Position numbers and translations under genes: made by a program. Of a stretch of 64,000 nucleotides of DNA, positions 62,842 through 64,000 are shown piece after piece. The DNA is from Chara braunii (taxonomy: Eukaryota; Plantae; Charophyceae): contig BFEA01000027.1 in NCBI GenBank assembly GCA_003427395.1, positions 2,024,015 through 2,088,014 on the forward strand. The letters are read 5' to 3'. The notes beneath the pieces were generated by a model. It did no database searches. It worked only from the letters and a program-made list of their open reading frames with translations, and was not told where the DNA came from. How positions within the stretch are numbered: the stretch's first letter is position 1; each line of letters begins with the position of its first letter.

Positions 62842-63570
62842 GCCCGATGCGGGCAATCCGTCGCCTCGCCCCTACACAGAGTTGTCACCCCGCTTAGTCC
62901 GAGCATGCCAGCCGGATTCGCCCATGTGCCACAATCCGTCGCGGCCCCACGTCAACCCCGCATGCCCAACACCAACTCGTCGGATCGCCCAACTCTTTAC
63001 TCACCTTCAAAATCTCGCTCATTAGCCGATCCTCTCGACCGCGCTACTTCCAAAAGTCTTAGAGAGCGAGTTAATCTCACGTATGAAATTTTTAGCATGC
63101 ATGCGTGTGCGCACGATACCCGGGATTGTGTTTGAGTACGAGGAAGAAGGAGGAAGGGAGTGCCTATGATTGCATGGTCAGGCCGCTGTGTGGGTGACGT
63201 AGCCTCACTCCACACATCGATCTGGTCATGCACACGTTCAGGCCAATAGGATAGAGGAAGAAGTACTCACGCATGGAGGCGCGACAAAAAATACCAAAAG
63301 CGAAGGAATTGCGGTTGCAATTATGCCCGCCAAGACAAAATTTACAGTTATGCTCAGGATTAAGGCGTGAAGAAATCAGAGCACGGATCTTGACGTGGCA
63401 TGGCATGCGCAAGCAAGAAGCACAGTGGAACAGATATTGAGGCGCGCTTAAATTCCTAATTCTAATTCCTAGTTTCAAAAAAGAAATTCCGAACGAAGCA
63501 ATTTCCAAGAGTCCCCCGGGGCTCGACATCAGTTGAAAATTCAAAAAAAAGATTTTCCCGCGCGACAATC
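61037..63570. mobile_element. LTR family X, second diverged copy in opposite orientation, apparently truncated
   Basis: Starts TGTGACACCCAACCTCACGCC; aligns to the reverse complements of 20630-20732, ~2390-2410, 1240-1450 and 650-840. Confidence 0.78.
62765..62837. repeat. (CT)n microsatellite
   Basis: Direct reading. Confidence 0.97.
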
Positions 63571-63818
63571 TGTGTTGCCCCCCGTATGTCGTACGGGGGT
63601 TTTGTCGTACGTCCGTACGTATGGCCGTACGGCCAGTCCCGTACAAAGTGACGAACCCCACCCCAAAAAAACGTAAAAAACAAAAAAACATGTATGGGGA
63701 TGTAGAGTTTTCCGTGCTCTAGACCCCCGTATTTTTTATTTTATTTTTGTTTTTTTTATATTTAAAAAAAATAAAAACCATCAAAACATGAAAAAAAAAA
63801 CAAAATAAGGAAATAAAA

Positions 63819-63885
63819 ATTGATTGATTGATTGATTGATTGATTGATGATTGATTGATTGATTGATTGATGATTGCTTGATTGC

Positions 63886-63955
<70 letters not shown>
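63819..63955. repeat. (TTGA)n microsatellite
   Basis: Direct reading. Confidence 0.97.
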
Positions 63956-64000
63956 AATGAAGAAAGAAAACGAAAAAAATGATGCCGCGTACCTTTTTTT

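Noticed and set aside
63570-63600. Helitron 3' end (CCCCCGTA..TACGGGGG hairpin)
   Set aside because: The hairpin is present but there is no CTRR terminus or A|T target, and the other end is outside the window.

Overview
Eukaryotic, transposon-saturated window with several N gaps and no recognisable host gene. The element mix suggests a large streptophyte-alga genome (Chara-like); this is inference only. (1) 2473-20386 is an ~18 kb minus-strand Ty3/Gypsy element with ~3.2 kb LTRs and a decayed gag-PR-RT-RH-INT region. Between its 5' LTR and gag lies a ~5 kb, tightly packed array of about nine unknown ORFs. This element sits inside a split solo LTR of another family (352-20732), which in turn sits inside an L1 3' tail. 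(2) 20.8-61 kb is a nest of L1/Tx1-clade LINE copies and 3' tails that share covarying RNA hairpins; at least two show twin-priming inversions. It also holds tRNA-derived SINEs, a PIF/Harbinger MITE, a non-autonomous hAT-like element carrying about six U6 snRNA fragments, a chromovirus integrase/chromodomain relic and a 3.1 kb AT-rich insertion. (3) 61037-~63570 is a second LTR of the 352-20732 family. Best candidate for an undescribed system: the polycistronic Gypsy accessory cassette. It is built from two duplicated unknown protein families, and one of them (FPY-x-[IV]-E...D-[IV]-x-x-Y) recurs in the unrelated AT-rich insertion at ~59 kb. All alignments were made by eye; no database searches were run.
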